Assembly (NCBI RefSeq): GCF_009914755.1
Contig: NC_060944.1
Strand: one strand, 5' to 3'
Origin: the human T2T-CHM13v2.0 reference genome, Homo sapiens
DNA length: 64,000 bases
Made by a program: the position numbers and the translations under genes
Notes under the pieces: generated by a model
Told to the model about the DNA's origin: nothing
The model's database searches: none
Seen by the model: only the letters and a program-made list of their open reading frames with translations
In this document: positions 37,841-53,149 of the stretch, one piece after another
Position numbering within the stretch: the stretch's first letter is position 1
Layout: each line of letters begins with the position of its first letter

Positions 37841-40067
37841 CTCTCTGAGATATTCCTATCTTCTTTGGTCTCTGACATATTCGCAACCCCTAGAACAGTG
37901 CTCAGGAAATATTCCTGAAGGCTAAGTGTTGCACAGATGCAGTAAGATGAGCAGGATTTTGCATGAGTCTTCATGAAAAATCTAGTTTAGTCTTCACACG
38001 GTGGAGTAGGTATATCATTCTTGCCTTAGAGATGAGGAAAATGCACTCACAGAGGGGCAGAGGCTTGCCCAAAATCACACAGGCAGTACCAGTACTGGGA
38101 TTTAGTTCAGGTCTCTCTGACCCCACTACACCACTCAGAAAAAAAGGGACCCTTCTCTGTCACTATCAGCCTGTAGGTTCTTATACAAGCCATCCTCAAC
38201 ACTTCCCTGTCCCTCAAAACTACTTCTCTGAGCCTTCTCCAAGTTCCCTTTGTCTGGTTCCCTAAATATTTCCATCACTAGCCCAATCTCATTATCTTCC
38301 CCTGAACTATGAAGTGGCCTCTTCTATATGGCCTCCCTGCCTCCAGTGCTGCCTCTTCCTTCATTACGGTCTCCACAGTTTTGCCAGATATCATTCTGGC
38401 AGAAGGGTGATACAAGACTTACAAGACTTTCAAGAGGGGAGATGGCCACGCTTCAGAGCCTACTAGTTGAGTTTCTTCCACATCTAGTCTGACCCACGTC
38501 CCAACCTCACTGTCCACCACTAATTCCCCAAGTTTACACCACAGCCAACCTTTTCAAACTTCTTTCCTACAATTCCCTACAAGCACTGTGCTTTTCACTC
38601 CTCCTTGCCTTTGACCATGCTGTTCTTTCCCACAATAATGCTTGTGCTTCCCTTCTCCTTTGAAGGACTCTTACTCACCCTTAAAGACCTGGCTTGAATG
38701 GACCCTTGCAAGAGAACTTCCCTAAGACTTCCAGAGTCACCCACAGCTTTCTCATGGCCTCCTAGTGCCTTGTGATGTTTCCAACAAAGCAGCACATCTC
38801 ACCTTGTGTCACAGCCACTCGATCGCGTATTTGCCTCCTCAAATAGATGGCTCCCTCCTTGTCTTCTTCTATATGACTGTCCTTATGCCTAGCAGAGGCA
38901 TAGATTTCAACAGATTCAATAAATATGTTGTAAATGAACAAATAGTTATAGCTTTGCCCTTTGCACTCACGTAGAGGGAGGAACAAAATATCGTTTATAA
39001 TGATCTCATTTAATTCTTTTAATAACCCTACAATTCTGTAATTACATCCATCTTACCAAGGAGGAAACGGACACCCAGAGAGATTAATATGCTCAAGATA
39101 GGACACTAGTAAAAATTTAAATCCAGGAAGAATAGCTAGTGGATGCTGGTCTTAATATCTAACTGATAGGATGATCTGTGCAGCAAACCACAGAAGTATG
39201 TGGCACACATTTACCTCTGTAACAAACCTGCACATCCTGCACATGCACCCCTGAACTTAAAATAAAAGTTGAAAAAAGAAAAGAATTTAAATCCAAGTCT
39301 GTGAACTTCCAAAATCCCCATTTTGTTCATGATACCCTGTTTCCCTTCCATGTCAGCAACAGTCCTTTGAATTTTCCCTCTGGAATCTTCTTGTCATCTG
39401 GCTCAGCAACCTCAGTTCTTTCAGCCATTCCTGACTTGCTACAGAGTCCTGACCAACTTGAGCAGGTGAAGAAGTTCACCATTCTTCATCCCGTTGATTT
39501 GATTCTCACATTTGATCACCACAGCTTCTCCAGGCAAATTCTGCTGATTATAATGGGAATTTGAGGAAAGAATGGGGATGACTCCTTGCACCCCCCATCT
39601 CCCTCACCAAGAAGAAACATAAAAAATGCACATCCTCATGACTATCTCCTTTAAAAATGAATGACAGGGTTCGCCTATTCTGTACATTTTATAAGATGGA
39701 ATTATACAATGTATGGTCTTTTGTGTCTTTTCAGAGGGTCGGGGAGAGGAGAATGAGAAGTGACTGCTAACAGGTACAGCGTTTCTTTTTGGAGCAATAA
39801 AAATGTTCTGAAATTAGAGTGGTGATGGTTGCACAAGCTTGTGAATATACTGAAAGCTGCCGGATTGTGCATTTTTTTATTACGGCTACATACACATAAA
39901 AGTTACCATTTTAACCATTTCTCACCATACAGTTCTGCAGCACTCAGTACCTTCACACTTCTGTACAACCATCACCACCATCCATCTTCAGAACTTTGTC
40001 ATCCTCCCTGTGTTAGTCAGGGTTCTCCATAGAAACAGAACCAGTAGGATGTGCGCATTTGCGTATG

Positions 40068-40532
40068 CAGTCACGTGTCACTTAACAACAAGAACACATT
40101 CTGAAAAATGCATTGTTAGGCAATTTCGTCCTTGTGTAAACATCATAGCATGTGCTTACACAAACCTAGATGTCATAGCCTCCTACGCACCTATGCTATG
40201 TATGGCCGATTGCTCCTGGGCTACAAACCTGCATGGCATGTCACTGTACTGAATACTATAGGCGATTGTATGCCATGGTAAGTATTTGTATATCTAAACA
40301 TACCTAATCCTAGAACAGATACAGTAAAAATACAGTAGAAAAGATTTTTTAAAATAGCACATCTATGTAGGACACTCACCATGAATGGAGCCTGTAGGCC
40401 TGGAAGGTACTCTGGGTTAGCCAGTGAGTGACTTGTGAGTGAATGAGAAGGCCTAGGACATTACCATATACTACTGTAGACTTTATAAACACTGTAAATT
40501 TAGGCTACACTAAATTTATCAAAAATATTTTT
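40068..40532 (+). mobile_element. Tigger3 (TcMar-Tigger) 5' part, truncated
   Basis: cagtcacgtgtcacttaacaac...cattctgaaaaatgcattgttaggcaatttcgtc...acacaaacctagatg...taggctacactaaatttat; right end absent. Confidence 0.85.
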
Positions 40533-40584
40533 CTGAGCACAGTGGTACACACTTGTAGTTCCTGCTTGTAGTTTCTGATTGTAA

Positions 40585-40968
<384 letters not shown>

Positions 40969-41149
40969 TAAAAGTTTAAATAATGCAGAAGGAACAATGT
41001 GAAATATTCTATAGGACAACTAGCCTGGACTCTTCCAAACATCAATGTCTTCAAAAATCAGAAAAAAAAAAATCTAGGGGAAAAGTTGCAGATCAAAATA
41101 AAGAATAAAGAGACCCAACAACCAACCAAGAAAACGTAGATGACAGGAA

Positions 41150-41632
41150 AGGTGGTAGACACTGTTGGTTCATTCACCCAATACCCATTTCCAACTTTTC
41201 TTTCTTACCTTCCTCCACCGTGAGGCTGGAAGGAGAAAAGGTTGAGGGGACTCGATTCCCCAGCCTCTCCCACAGCTCACGGTGGAGAGAACTCTTGCAG
41301 TTCTGGTCGATGAAATATAGTAGAAATCTACTGAACATTTCTGGGGAAGGTTTTGCTTTCCTATCTCCTCCTTCTTTCTGCCTGAAAATGCAATGATAAA
41401 CTGGAAATGGAGCAACATCTTGCAACCATAGGTAACAAGCTCTGCTACACTAAGACTAGAAGAATGGAAACCCCACCTGAGTTCTTGATGGCATCTTTGA
41501 CTGCCACACCAGCCACGGATTCCCCGCCTCTGGACTTCTTGTTACATGAAGTTGGTGTTTGTTTGTTTGTAATTCTTTAAGCTATTGTTAGAGTTCCTGT
41601 TATTTGCAGTCAAGTGCATTCCCAAGTATTAC
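41150..41632 (+). mobile_element. MLT1J-like solo LTR
   Basis: tctggggaaggttttgctttcct...gatggcatctttgactgccacaccagcc...gttcctgttatttgcagtcaagtgcattccc. Confidence 0.65.
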
Positions 41633-41928
41633 AGGGAGACTTCCTGTAAGAAGATGGCAAATTGCCTTAGCCTCCCTATACCTCAGTTTCCTCATCTCTA
41701 AAATAAGAATAATCATGAGGATTAGATGAAGAAACATTTTAGGGTTGGTGTGAGGATTCAAGTTGTTACTATGGTTGAAGCACTCAAATGAGAGTTTATG
41801 GATAAGAACTCAATACATGTTAGTTGTTACTTTGTTACTATTATTACTAATACTATTCTCGTAGAATGAGAAAATGTTCACAGAACTCCACTCTCTGAAG
41901 CTCATCAAATTAATTAAAAAGGAGCCAA

Positions 41929-42450
<522 letters not shown>

Positions 42451-42647
42451 TCAGTGAAGAACCTAGACAACATCTATGGACTCAGCCACATGCTAGCTCA
42501 TGGGAGGTGGACCAAACCAAAGAGAGATGCCTGGAAGCCATGTAGTTTGATGGACAAGAGCCTGGGCTCTGGAATCCACTTGGCTGAATTCAATTCCTGG
42601 ATCTGCCACTTATTAGGTTGAAACGTTAGGTGAATCATTTAACCTCC

Positions 42648-43584
42648 AGATATAGTGTGGCTATTTGTCCTCCCAATTTTAATGTTGTATTGTAATCCCC
42701 AATGGAGGTGGGGCCTGGTAGGAGGTATTTGGGTCATGGAGGCTATGATGGTTAATACTGAGTATCAACTTGATCGGATTAAAGGATGCAAAGTATTGTT
42801 CCTGGGTGTGTTTGTGAGGGTATTGCCAAAGGAGATTAACGTCAGAATCGGTGGACTGGGAGAGCCAGACCCACCCTCAATCTGGGTGGACACCATCTAA
42901 TCAGCTGCCAGTGCAGCTAAAAAAAAGCAGGCAGAATTTGGAAGGATTTGACTGGCTGAGTCTTCTGGTCTTCATCTTTCTCCCGTGCTGGATGCTTCCT
43001 GCCTTCAAACATCAAACTCCAAGTTCTTCAGCTTTTGGACTCTTGAACTTGTCACTTGAACCAGTGACTTGCCAGGGGCTCTCAGGCCTTCAGCCCTGTG
43101 GCTAAAACCTACTTTTGAGGTTTTAGGACTCGGACTGGCTTCCTTGCTCTTCAGCTTACAGACGGCCTATAGTGGGATTTCACCTTGTGATGGTGTGAGT
43201 CAATACTCATTAACAAACTCCCCTTCATATATACATCAATCCTATTAGTTCTGTCCCTCTAGAGAACCCTGACTAACACTGAGGTGGATCCCTCCTGGCT
43301 TGGTGCTATTCTCAGGGTAGTGAGTTCTTGTGAGATCTGGTTGTTTAAAAGTGTGTGGCACCTGCCCCTCTATTGTTCCCACTCTTGCCATATGATGTGC
43401 CTGCTTCCCCTTTGCCCTCCAACATGACTGTAAGCTTTCTGAGGCCTCCCCAAAAGCCGAGGAGATGCCAGCATCATGCTTTCCTATAAAGCCTGCAGAA
43501 CTGTGAGCCAATTAAACCTCTCTTCTATATAAATTACCCAACCTCAGTTATTTCTTTATAGGAATGCAAGAATGGCCTAACACA
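42648..43584 (+). mobile_element. MST (MaLR) solo LTR inside a MIR, split by MLT2A
   Basis: gatatagtgtggc...tgtaatcccca...; ...ctgtgagccaattaaacctc...aatggcctaacaca; TSD core ctcc(a) on both sides. Confidence 0.85.
42744..43280 (+). mobile_element. MLT2A (HERVL) solo LTR
   Basis: tatgatggttaatactgagtatcaacttgatcggattaaaggatgcaaagtattgttcctggg...ttctgtccctctagagaaccctgactaac; TSD gaggc (42739-42743) / gaggt (43281-43285). Confidence 0.9.
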
Positions 43585-43830
43585 CTCCATGAGCCTTTAT
43601 TTCCTCAGCTGTAAAATGAGGATGATAATAATCCCTAACTCAAAGAGTTGTGAAGATCAAATGAAGTACGTAAGGTGCTTAGCCCAGAGCCTCGCCCATG
43701 GTAACTGTACTAGACTCTCCATTTCTTATATGCTTTTACTGCTGCTGCTGAGGTTGGTGTTATCTCTAGAGTCTTAGAAAAGGTGTTTGATAAATACTTG
43801 CTGGAATCATGGAAGGATCAATTGAATAAA

Positions 43831-43877
43831 TGGATGGATGGATGGATGGATGGATGGATGGATGGATGGATGGATGG
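43831..43877. repeat. (TGGA)n tetranucleotide microsatellite
   Basis: At least 11 perfect units. Confidence 0.95.
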
Positions 43878-44080
43878 TTCAATAGAAAGATGGATGGATA
43901 GAACCTCTTGGAAGTTGGGGGTTAAGTAATATTGAAATATCCTATTGGTCTTGGAAGGGTAACAATATCCATACACACATAGCCCCACTAGGACCTGTCT
44001 GGACTCCCTCCTCCCTCCCCACAGCGTAGAAAAGGTAGCCTTAATCCATAGTCTCAGTGTACACAGTCCCTCACTGATAG

Positions 44081-44383
<303 letters not shown>

Positions 44384-47300
44384 AATAGTCACTTCTTAAC
44401 AAAACTCTAAAAACAAAATATATCTCGCCACTGCCACAGGAATTATAGGCTGTCAGTAGCCAAGCACTGGTGCATATCTCTAGACTTTATTTTTAATAAT
44501 AACATGCTGGGCTTCTCCATCTTGGGGTACCAGGCCACCTTTGGATCTCCTCGACACTGTTTGACAAAGAAAGGGAGTGCCTGTACCACCCAACCTCAAG
44601 CAAGCCAGCCAGCTTCAACCAGACAGCACCATAAATCATAATTAGCAACTACATTCAAATGTGGGTGTGGAGGGTGAGGGCAGCGAAGCCCACGCCAACC
44701 TCAGGCACAAAGGCAAACCTCAGCTCAATTCAGTGCGAGGTAATTACAGGGACTGTCAGAAGCTGGTGCCAGCTTTACTTTCAAGTCGAGGAAGCTGCAG
44801 GAACCTAAAAACTCCACGTATTCAAAAATAATCACTGAATTCCCACAGTGAATTCATGGGTCAATCACTCACCACTCCTAAATAAAGATGTCAGCAAAGT
44901 ACTTTGTTTCTTTCAAATGGAACAAAAAAAAAATAAGTTACTTCCTTTTCAATGATCCCCGAAAAGGAGAGAGCAGAGAGGATCCCTTTTTACAGATGAG
45001 GAGACCAAACTTTAGAGAAGTTAAATAATTTTCCTAGAGCAAAAGTGAGAATGGGATCTGTATCCATGTTTGTATGATCCCAAAGCTAGCACAAGTTCCC
45101 AGAAGCCCTCGCTGGTCATCTTAGTTGGTATCATCATAGCATCCTATGGCTGCTATGTCCTGCCTGCCACAGATCTGTCCAGCTGCCCACAGTGGTGTCC
45201 AGTCATGTGAACACCTTGGCCCAGCCAAACAGCTTCTCATGCTGAGCTGGCCTGGGTCTGCCGCCCACATGCCTGACTCAGTGTGCTAGAGGCGAGAAAG
45301 CTGCCCAAGATCACCCCTCTACACATGTATATATAACTGCCCCTCTAACCTTTTCCCAGGGTTTCGCTCCAGCTCCCTCCCAGGACTGACAGCATAGCTG
45401 TAGCTGGACACCTTAGCCTAATTCCTACCACTAAAAACCCCCAGAGCTGCCCCAGCCCTGCCTGGGCCTCTTGCTTATGCCCACGTCACCTGCCTTATTT
45501 TCTCACTAACACAGATATTTATTGAGTACCCTCCCTGAATCAGGTTCTCAGAGTCCAGCAGTAACAAGACAGCCATGGCCAGAGCCTCATGGAGCTGTTA
45601 GTCTAGCAAAAGAGACAAATACTAAACAACCAGGGACCAAATAGCTCCAGAATCATCTATTCAACACATCCCATGTTCTAGTGGGAAGATCCTCTGTAAC
45701 AGGACATCTAGCACCAAGCTAAACATCACCCTTAGTTAACACTCCACGAAGGTCTATGAGTTAAGTATTAATATCATCCCCACTTTACGGATAGAGAAAC
45801 TGAGTCTCAGAGAGCCACAGTGAGCCCAGGAACTCATAGTTTGACAAGTGGACGAGCAAGGTTTGTACCCAGGCAGTGTAATTCCACAGCCCACACTCTA
45901 ACCAGCTGCCCAATAGTGTACGGCAGACTCAAGGAGCCAATAGCCTCCCTTACTTTGAAAACAAGTTTAAAAAGTAATTCAGATGGACACCAGCATACTC
46001 ACACTACCCAGACATTATCTTTTAAAACAGCTTGTATTTACCACTCAACAGGTGTCCGGGTGGCCCTGGGCACAAATCAGAACTCATTTCTTGCCAGTGG
46101 GGAGACCCGTTGCAAGGATAGAGGACAAGCCCTCCTTGCAGCCATTGGCAGGCCCCATCCATCTGGCCAGCCAGTGTTCATAGGAGAGGCCAGCTGATAC
46201 CCCCATAGTCACAGCCAAGGCCGGCCACTGCAAGCTCGGAGCAGCACGACTGATTTCGGATCTCTCTCCCTGGAACTCGGGAACACATCAATTACCCATG
46301 CACATGCTGCCCATTCGGAGGACAGATATTACCTCCTGCACTCACCGCAGAGCCACGCGTCCTCATCCAAGCACAGATGGAGGACAAGGGCGTGGGGTTA
46401 ATTGATCAAGCAACACCAGTGCCCGTGCAAGGGTTGGCAGAAAATGGCTCATTTCACAGATGCACAGGCTCCTTCCTTGCCAGTCTCCTGTGATTAAACC
46501 AGGTCACTAACGTGCTTCTGAACAAACATGCCTGAACTTACACGTTCAGGTTCATCTTGTCTCCTCTAAAGTGGTCACCTTGGAATACTCCACATGCCTT
46601 TCTCCACTCTGCAAACATTTGTTGAATACCAACCAGACACAAAGTATGGTGCTAGCATGGTAGGGTGGGATACAGTTCAGTGCAACGTAGTCGATTTCAA
46701 CCGACGAGCACAAACTAGGTACTAAGACCCCATAGTAGATGATTAGAAGGTGGGTCCTATCCTCAGTACACAAAAGGCAAACAAAAGGTTATTGATCAGG
46801 CGGTGGGATATGAGGAAAGCAGGAAGTTGGGGAGGACAGGGTGTAGGTCATGGAGACAATACCAGATAGAGGGTGCTAAATACTGGAAAAATGATAGCGG
46901 GTGTCAATTTTATGCCTTAATCTCAGAAAGGCAAGACATGTCACAATAATTGCATTTGCTATAAACCTATCCCAAGTCTCAGCTTACTGACCTGGCAGGA
47001 AATTCATATTTGGGGTTCCCTTCTTGCCCCACAGGATCCTGTGAAGGTCTCAAGGGTCTTACACATACACCCAGCTTTGGGTATGTCCAATGAGTGTAGG
47101 TCCACACTGTTGCCTTTGTTAGAGCTGTTGTCCAAGCCCTCTCGGCATCCTGTTGGCTGATACCAATGTTGCCTCCGTGAGGTTGGGCTCAGATGTGCAG
47201 TCAATGCCCAGATCGGAAGCCCCAATGCCTGGGGTCCAACCCCCTTAAAACCCCTTAATAGTCATCTGCTCTGGTTTCCTGCTGTTTCCAGAAATTCCCT

Positions 47301-48868
47301 TCTCCTCAAAACCAAACTGCAAGTTTGGTCTTCATGATCTCGCTCTCTCCCTCTCTCTTTCTCTCTCTGTTTGATTCTACTTTCTCCCCATCAATGGTCT
47401 TTCCCTCCCTCCCTCCCCACTTTGCATTACCCCCTCCCCGACACACACACATAAACATCCACACTCTGGCACTAAGCCTAGGTTTTGAGATAAACAAAAC
47501 CAGGGAAGAGATCCCTATTCAGGCAACTTGTGCTTTTAATCTTACAACACAAGCCTCCCTCAGCAAGGAAAGACAAAAACCTCTTCACCTTAGAATATGG
47601 AATGCAAGAACACAACACAAATTCATGTATTAAGTCATCCCATCTGTCAAAGGAAGCCCCAGAAACAGAAATATTTAGAAAAGAAAATTTTACTTGCAGA
47701 GTGCAAGGGAACCAGACTTCAGAAGCACTGGTTCACCAAATGCAAACACAGCAATTATTTCCAAGAAAACAATTGCAAAATTATCAAGTTCACCAGGTGT
47801 ATATTAATCGTGGCATGAAAACAGCAACTCTCTCCTGTGACGGTCATAATCACAAGGTCCTGATCTGTCTTCAGAGATCATCATAGCAAGAATCAGAGAT
47901 AAAATTGTCTTTCTCAGGGAGTCCAGGTTTAAGGGAAACATACAAGGATTTGTGATTTGGGAGACTCTGATATGTTAGGTTTGTCTTGGGGTTTAGGAAT
48001 GTCTATTTTTATCATTTCACTGTCTTTTTCCCCTAATATACTGTGTGAGATGCTTAATTATACTGGAATCAGAACAAAGGGATAGCCTTGGTTTCTAACC
48101 ATCAGGTGATCTACAGGGAAAATGCAATGGAAATCCAAACTAGTTAATCAGAGAAAGTCATAAAAGTATCAGTATGAGACCTGAAAGCCTGAGCAGGCTT
48201 TGAGCACATGATGGAGAGAAGGCAAAGACACGGGGCCTGTTCACCGAGCTGGGAGGCTCACAGTGGAGCCTGGGGGATGTGAGGGGAGGTGGAAAGAGCT
48301 GGTTGAAGGTGAGGCTGAGGCTCAGGAGTGGGTTTCTCTGAAATCCCAGCTGTCTGGAGCATGCCAAGAACAGCAATCTGTACCAGTGGCCTTGGAATCC
48401 TAAAATATTAGCCAGACACCAAGGCCATTTAATCCAACCTCTCTTCCAACATAGATGGGGAAACTGAGGTCAGGGAGCTAGGGTGTGTCCCCACAATCAG
48501 TGATAGATAGCATGTTTAGCCTTCAGGCTGATGGGGAGGTAGGGAAGTGAATTTTTGAAAATAGTTAAAAAGACATTCAGAGTCAGGTGTGAAGAATCAG
48601 GCAAGAATCAAGGTGTGCGATGCCACTTCCTGTTAAAATTTTTGTAAAATCAATTTTTGTAAGGATAAAGACAAGAATGAGAGCAATTTTCTTATGCCAT
48701 TAACTGCCACTGAAGGCCATTCCCAGTGGACAGTCCAAACACCGAAGAGACTGATTGGAATATGGACACAACCCCCAAAAGTGGCCAATACTCATTTTGG
48801 TGGTTACGCTCTGGGGTCTTTACTTTCTTCCTGTGTATTGCTTATGTTAATTAAAAATAATAATCCAA

Positions 48869-49202
<334 letters not shown>

Positions 49203-49859
49203 TCACTGTGAAACATCTACACAATAAAGAAGGAAACAGAGTAAAGACTGAAGGGTCCCTTTAATAGCTATCCCTGATCTCACTCTTCTAACAACAAATA
49301 ACGTTAGCAATTGAGTGTCTACCTTTCCAGCTGTTTGCACTTATTCATCAATCTGTATGCATATAAACGTATTTAATAAAGGGTTTTTCTACCCAAAGGG
49401 TATTATACAATATATTCTTCATCTTTGCCTTTTGTTTTCACTTAGCTTGACATCGCAAACATCTTTTCATGTCACATAGCTTGACCTTATTCTTTGAAAC
49501 AGCTGCAAATTATATTGTGTGGATGTTCCATAATTGACGTGACTGTTCCTTATGAATGCACATTTAGGTTATTTTCAAGTTTATTATTAATATAAATGGT
49601 ACCACAATGAACATATATATATATTTGTACATATATGAAAATATCCTTAAAAAAACAGATTTCTGGAAGTGAAATGCTGATTCAGTGAATATGTGTATTT
49701 TATAATCTTGACATCAGCACCGTGTGTGAGAGAGATTCATTTTGTGCCCCTTCCCAAAACAAGATATTAATGACCTCTTTAAAATGTTTGTGGAAGACTA
49801 TTACATTTCAATTTATATGTCCTTGATTATGAGTAAGGCTTTTTACTTGAATCTGTAGT

Positions 49860-50272
49860 TGTGGTCAATTCAGCTCCTCCGAGAAGCAGATGCCAAGATG
49901 GAATTATACAAACAAGAGCTTTACTGGGGAGAAATGCCTCTGGAAGGCAAAGAGAGAGAGAACAGGAGGATGCCAGGAGAGCTCCAGATCAAGAAGCAGG
50001 TCTGACGTTTGTGCAAGGAAGAGGGAAGAGACAGGATTGAGTAGGTAAATCCTCAGACCAGAGCACAGTTCTGAGAAAGCCTTGACAAGACCACTGTGGA
50101 ATTCCCACAAGGTCCTGCTTCCCCACGAGGGGAAAACCTAGGGGAGGCACAGCCTGGCGTGACCCTCACAGTGGATCCAAAGATGCTCTAGCTTGAGGCC
50201 ATCAGTCAGCTCTTCCCCCACAGGAGTTTCTTTTGAAGAGAGGTCTGGGCAGTGCACCTCCATGGCCACCAC
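49860..50272 (-). mobile_element. ERVL solo LTR, LTR16-like
   Basis: ctccgagaagcagatgccaagatggaattat...ttgaagagaggtctgggcagtgcacctccatggccaccac. Confidence 0.7.
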
Positions 50273-50387
50273 TGGAATCCAGGGTTTCCTCTAGAAGTTA
50301 CATGACCACACCTTTGCTTACTTTTTTACTCCATCTTTGTTATAGATCTGCAGAAACCCTTCATAGATTCGGTGGGTTCATGCCTTG

Positions 50388-50736
50388 GTTTTTTGTTGCT
50401 GTTTCGTTTTTGTTTTGTTTGTTTGGTTGTTTATTTTTTGAGACAGAGTCTTGCTCTTGTCACCCAAGCTGGAGTGCAATGGCGCGATCTCAACCTCACT
50501 GCAATGCTCACCGCAACTTCTGCCTCCCGGGTTCAAGCAATTCTCCTGCCTCAGGCTCCCAGGTAGCTGGGATTACAGGCACCCGCCACCGTGCTCAGCT
50601 AATTTTTTGTATTTTCAGTAGAGACAGGGTTTCACCATGTTGGCCAGGCTGGTCTCAAACTCCTGATCTCAGGTGATCCACCTACCTCGTCCTCCCAAAG
50701 TGCTGAGATTACAGGCGTGAGCTGCCGCACCCAGCC
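50388..50736 (-). mobile_element. AluS with a short internal duplication
   Basis: Reverse Alu; ctcactgcaatgctcaccgcaac repeats the ctcactgcaa segment. Confidence 0.9.
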
Positions 50737-52283
50737 CACTCCTTGTTATAGGTGCTGCAAGTATTTTGTCCCCATTTTTGCTTTCTTTTATCTTTGGTTG
50801 CATGTTTCACTATATAGGAGTTTTTTAACACTTTAATTTTTTTCCTCTAGCAAAATCTTTTATTTTTTTTTTCCTTTAAGGCTTTTGTGTCTTATTTAGG
50901 AATGCTGTCTTCTTTAAATAGAAAGAAAAAATGGGAGGCGGGTCCCATTACTTTATCTTATACATTCCCTAGCTGCACAGTACACTACTGATATAAATTT
51001 AGTATAAATGATTATTTTATGCACCAACCAGGCCTTGATTCAGTTTGCTTCTCATCATTTCAGTTTTTTGCTATCTAATTATTAGAAAATGTTTCCTTTT
51101 GAAATGAGTGGCTGGGCTCTATTTATTCAAGTCAAAACCCATGATTTCTCCCACAATGTCATCAATGAGTTTGTACAGAAGAAAAAATATCTTTGTGACA
51201 GAGGATGTGGGAAAGATCTGGCTTTTGAGAAAAGCCTATGATGTTGCTTTCCCAGTGGGCTGGGCCTGGAGACGTATGAGACCTCAGCCAGTAGCAAGGT
51301 GTGGATGGGAGGAAGAGGAGCCCTGAGGAGCCGGTGATCAGAGCACCCACTTCCAACCCCAGAAAGCTGAAGAGCCTGTCCCAAGGATGGTGGTCCATTC
51401 TGCACACACCTGAGTCATCTCTATTGCAGCCTCCATTTGGTTTTCTCCATAGCAGCTCTCATAAGCTCTGACTGTTACAATCATGGCTTGGAAGCAGGAG
51501 TTTCCTGGCACTTCAGGGCTCACTCTTAGGCAAGTAGACATGGGATGTCTGCTAATCACTTGTCAACATGGAGAGAAAAGGCCCACCCTGCAGGAGACAG
51601 GCCAGCCACAGCCAAGCAGGCCCTTCTACTGCCCCACACTTTCCTTATTCTACCTTACCCTCCAAGATGCTTACTGTCAGCTCCTTCCAGGAGCTGCCTC
51701 ACAGGGACAGCCCAGCATGTCCCAGGATGCCCTCTGCCACGCCCACCCACCACTTACCTTCTCCTAAACCCCCTCCCAAGACCACAGCAATTAGCCCCAG
51801 ACAAATATCATTGATCTGGCACTGCCTTCACTCCCATTTTTATGTCAGGATGAATTTGGATTCTGAAGTTGATCTCCTTGTTGTGCAGGTTTTATGAGGG
51901 AAAGATTAAATCATCCTCTGATGTGTGCTTCATTAGGCTCCAAATCCTTGAAGAGTCATTAAAGCACCTTCTCATTGAAATGCTCTCAATCTCAGCTTGA
52001 TGGGTATCAGCAGGAAGGATCTCTCCATTATTTGGGACCTAAACTGGCTGGGAAGCTGGGCCAGACCTGACCCTGTCACAACCCAATGAGCCTGGCCCTT
52101 CTGTAGTTTGTGGCCCCCAAAATCTACCAGTGCAACATCACCAGAGGCTGGCTTTGGGCTGGCTTTCCCAGAAGAGCCATTCCTGCCTGTCCTCTGTGGG
52201 GACAGGTTGCCCTGAGTCATCCACATTCTCACCACCACCCACAGCTGCAAGTCTAATCTGTGAGCTGGGTAGGGCTCATCCAT

Positions 52284-52521
52284 GGTCAAGGCTCAGTGTG
52301 GGGCCAAGGTCAGGGTTCATTCTGGAACTAGGATCAGAATGCAGAGTGGGACCAGGATCAGAGATCGATCTGAGACCAGGATTAGGGCTCAGTCTGGGCC
52401 AGGGTCAAGGCCCAGTCTGGGATGAGGGTCAGAGCTGTTATTACCAGAACCAAGGCCAACACAGTCTACATCCAGGATTACACATCTGTCTGTGGCCAGG
52501 ATCAGGGCCTCGATTATGGCC
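52284..52521. repeat. Degenerate ~24-bp tandem array
   Basis: Units start at 52284, 52308, 52332, 52356 and 52380 with consensus G(G/A)TCAGGGCTCAGTCTGGGACCAG; about 9-10 units. Confidence 0.75.
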
Positions 52522-53149
52522 TAGTTTATGGCCCAACCTTTGGCCAAAGGCTCATTGACCCAACCCCAGCCTGGCATCAACCCTACATCAACTTAGGATA
52601 TCAGGACTTGACACCTTATCTAAGCACCCCCAGTCTCAAATATTAGCATACCCATTCCCAACCAGGTGGTACTAACAGCCACTGAGAGGCTCAAGCTATT
52701 TCAGGTGACAGAAAACAGACAGGAGTATCTGCAAGTGAGGGCCTGTATTAGAAATGGGTGGGGGGGATGCTGGGGCAGAATTGGAAGGGTCTAGAAGGCA
52801 GCAGAAGTCAGGAGTCAGGGCATCATCAGGACCTCAACCTCAGAAACCCAAGACACAGACAAAGGAGACTGCGTTATTTCCAACCCTTCCTGGCAAAATT
52901 TACCACATATTCATCTTTCTGATTTCAGCAGCAGAAAGAGCCAGAATCTATGAGAAGGGATCTGAGCCAATGCCAAGTTTCCTTCCCATCACTGCAGAAG
53001 GCGGGAGGACAGTGAGGTTGTTCTCCTGGACTTGCTGGGTGACCTCTGACAGGTTGTTCTCCCTCTCTGGACTTCAGGATATTCACCTACAAATGGAGGA
53101 GTTGGAGTGACTCATCTGCCATGTCTCCTCAGCTTGGCCAACCGCAAAG

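Noticed and set aside
46531-46550. 7-bp stem hairpin cctgaac/gttcagg
   Set aside because: Expected by chance in 64 kb.
46730-48010. Possible ancient LTR-like fragments
   Set aside because: I could not assign a family or boundaries with confidence.
52284-52521. CRISPR-like repeat-spacer array
   Set aside because: Units are contiguous and degenerate with no unique spacers, there are no cas genes, and the context is mammalian.
52130-52558. 142-aa ORF with 8-residue periodicity
   Set aside because: Non-ATG start; the periodicity follows from the 24-bp array and there is no coding evidence.
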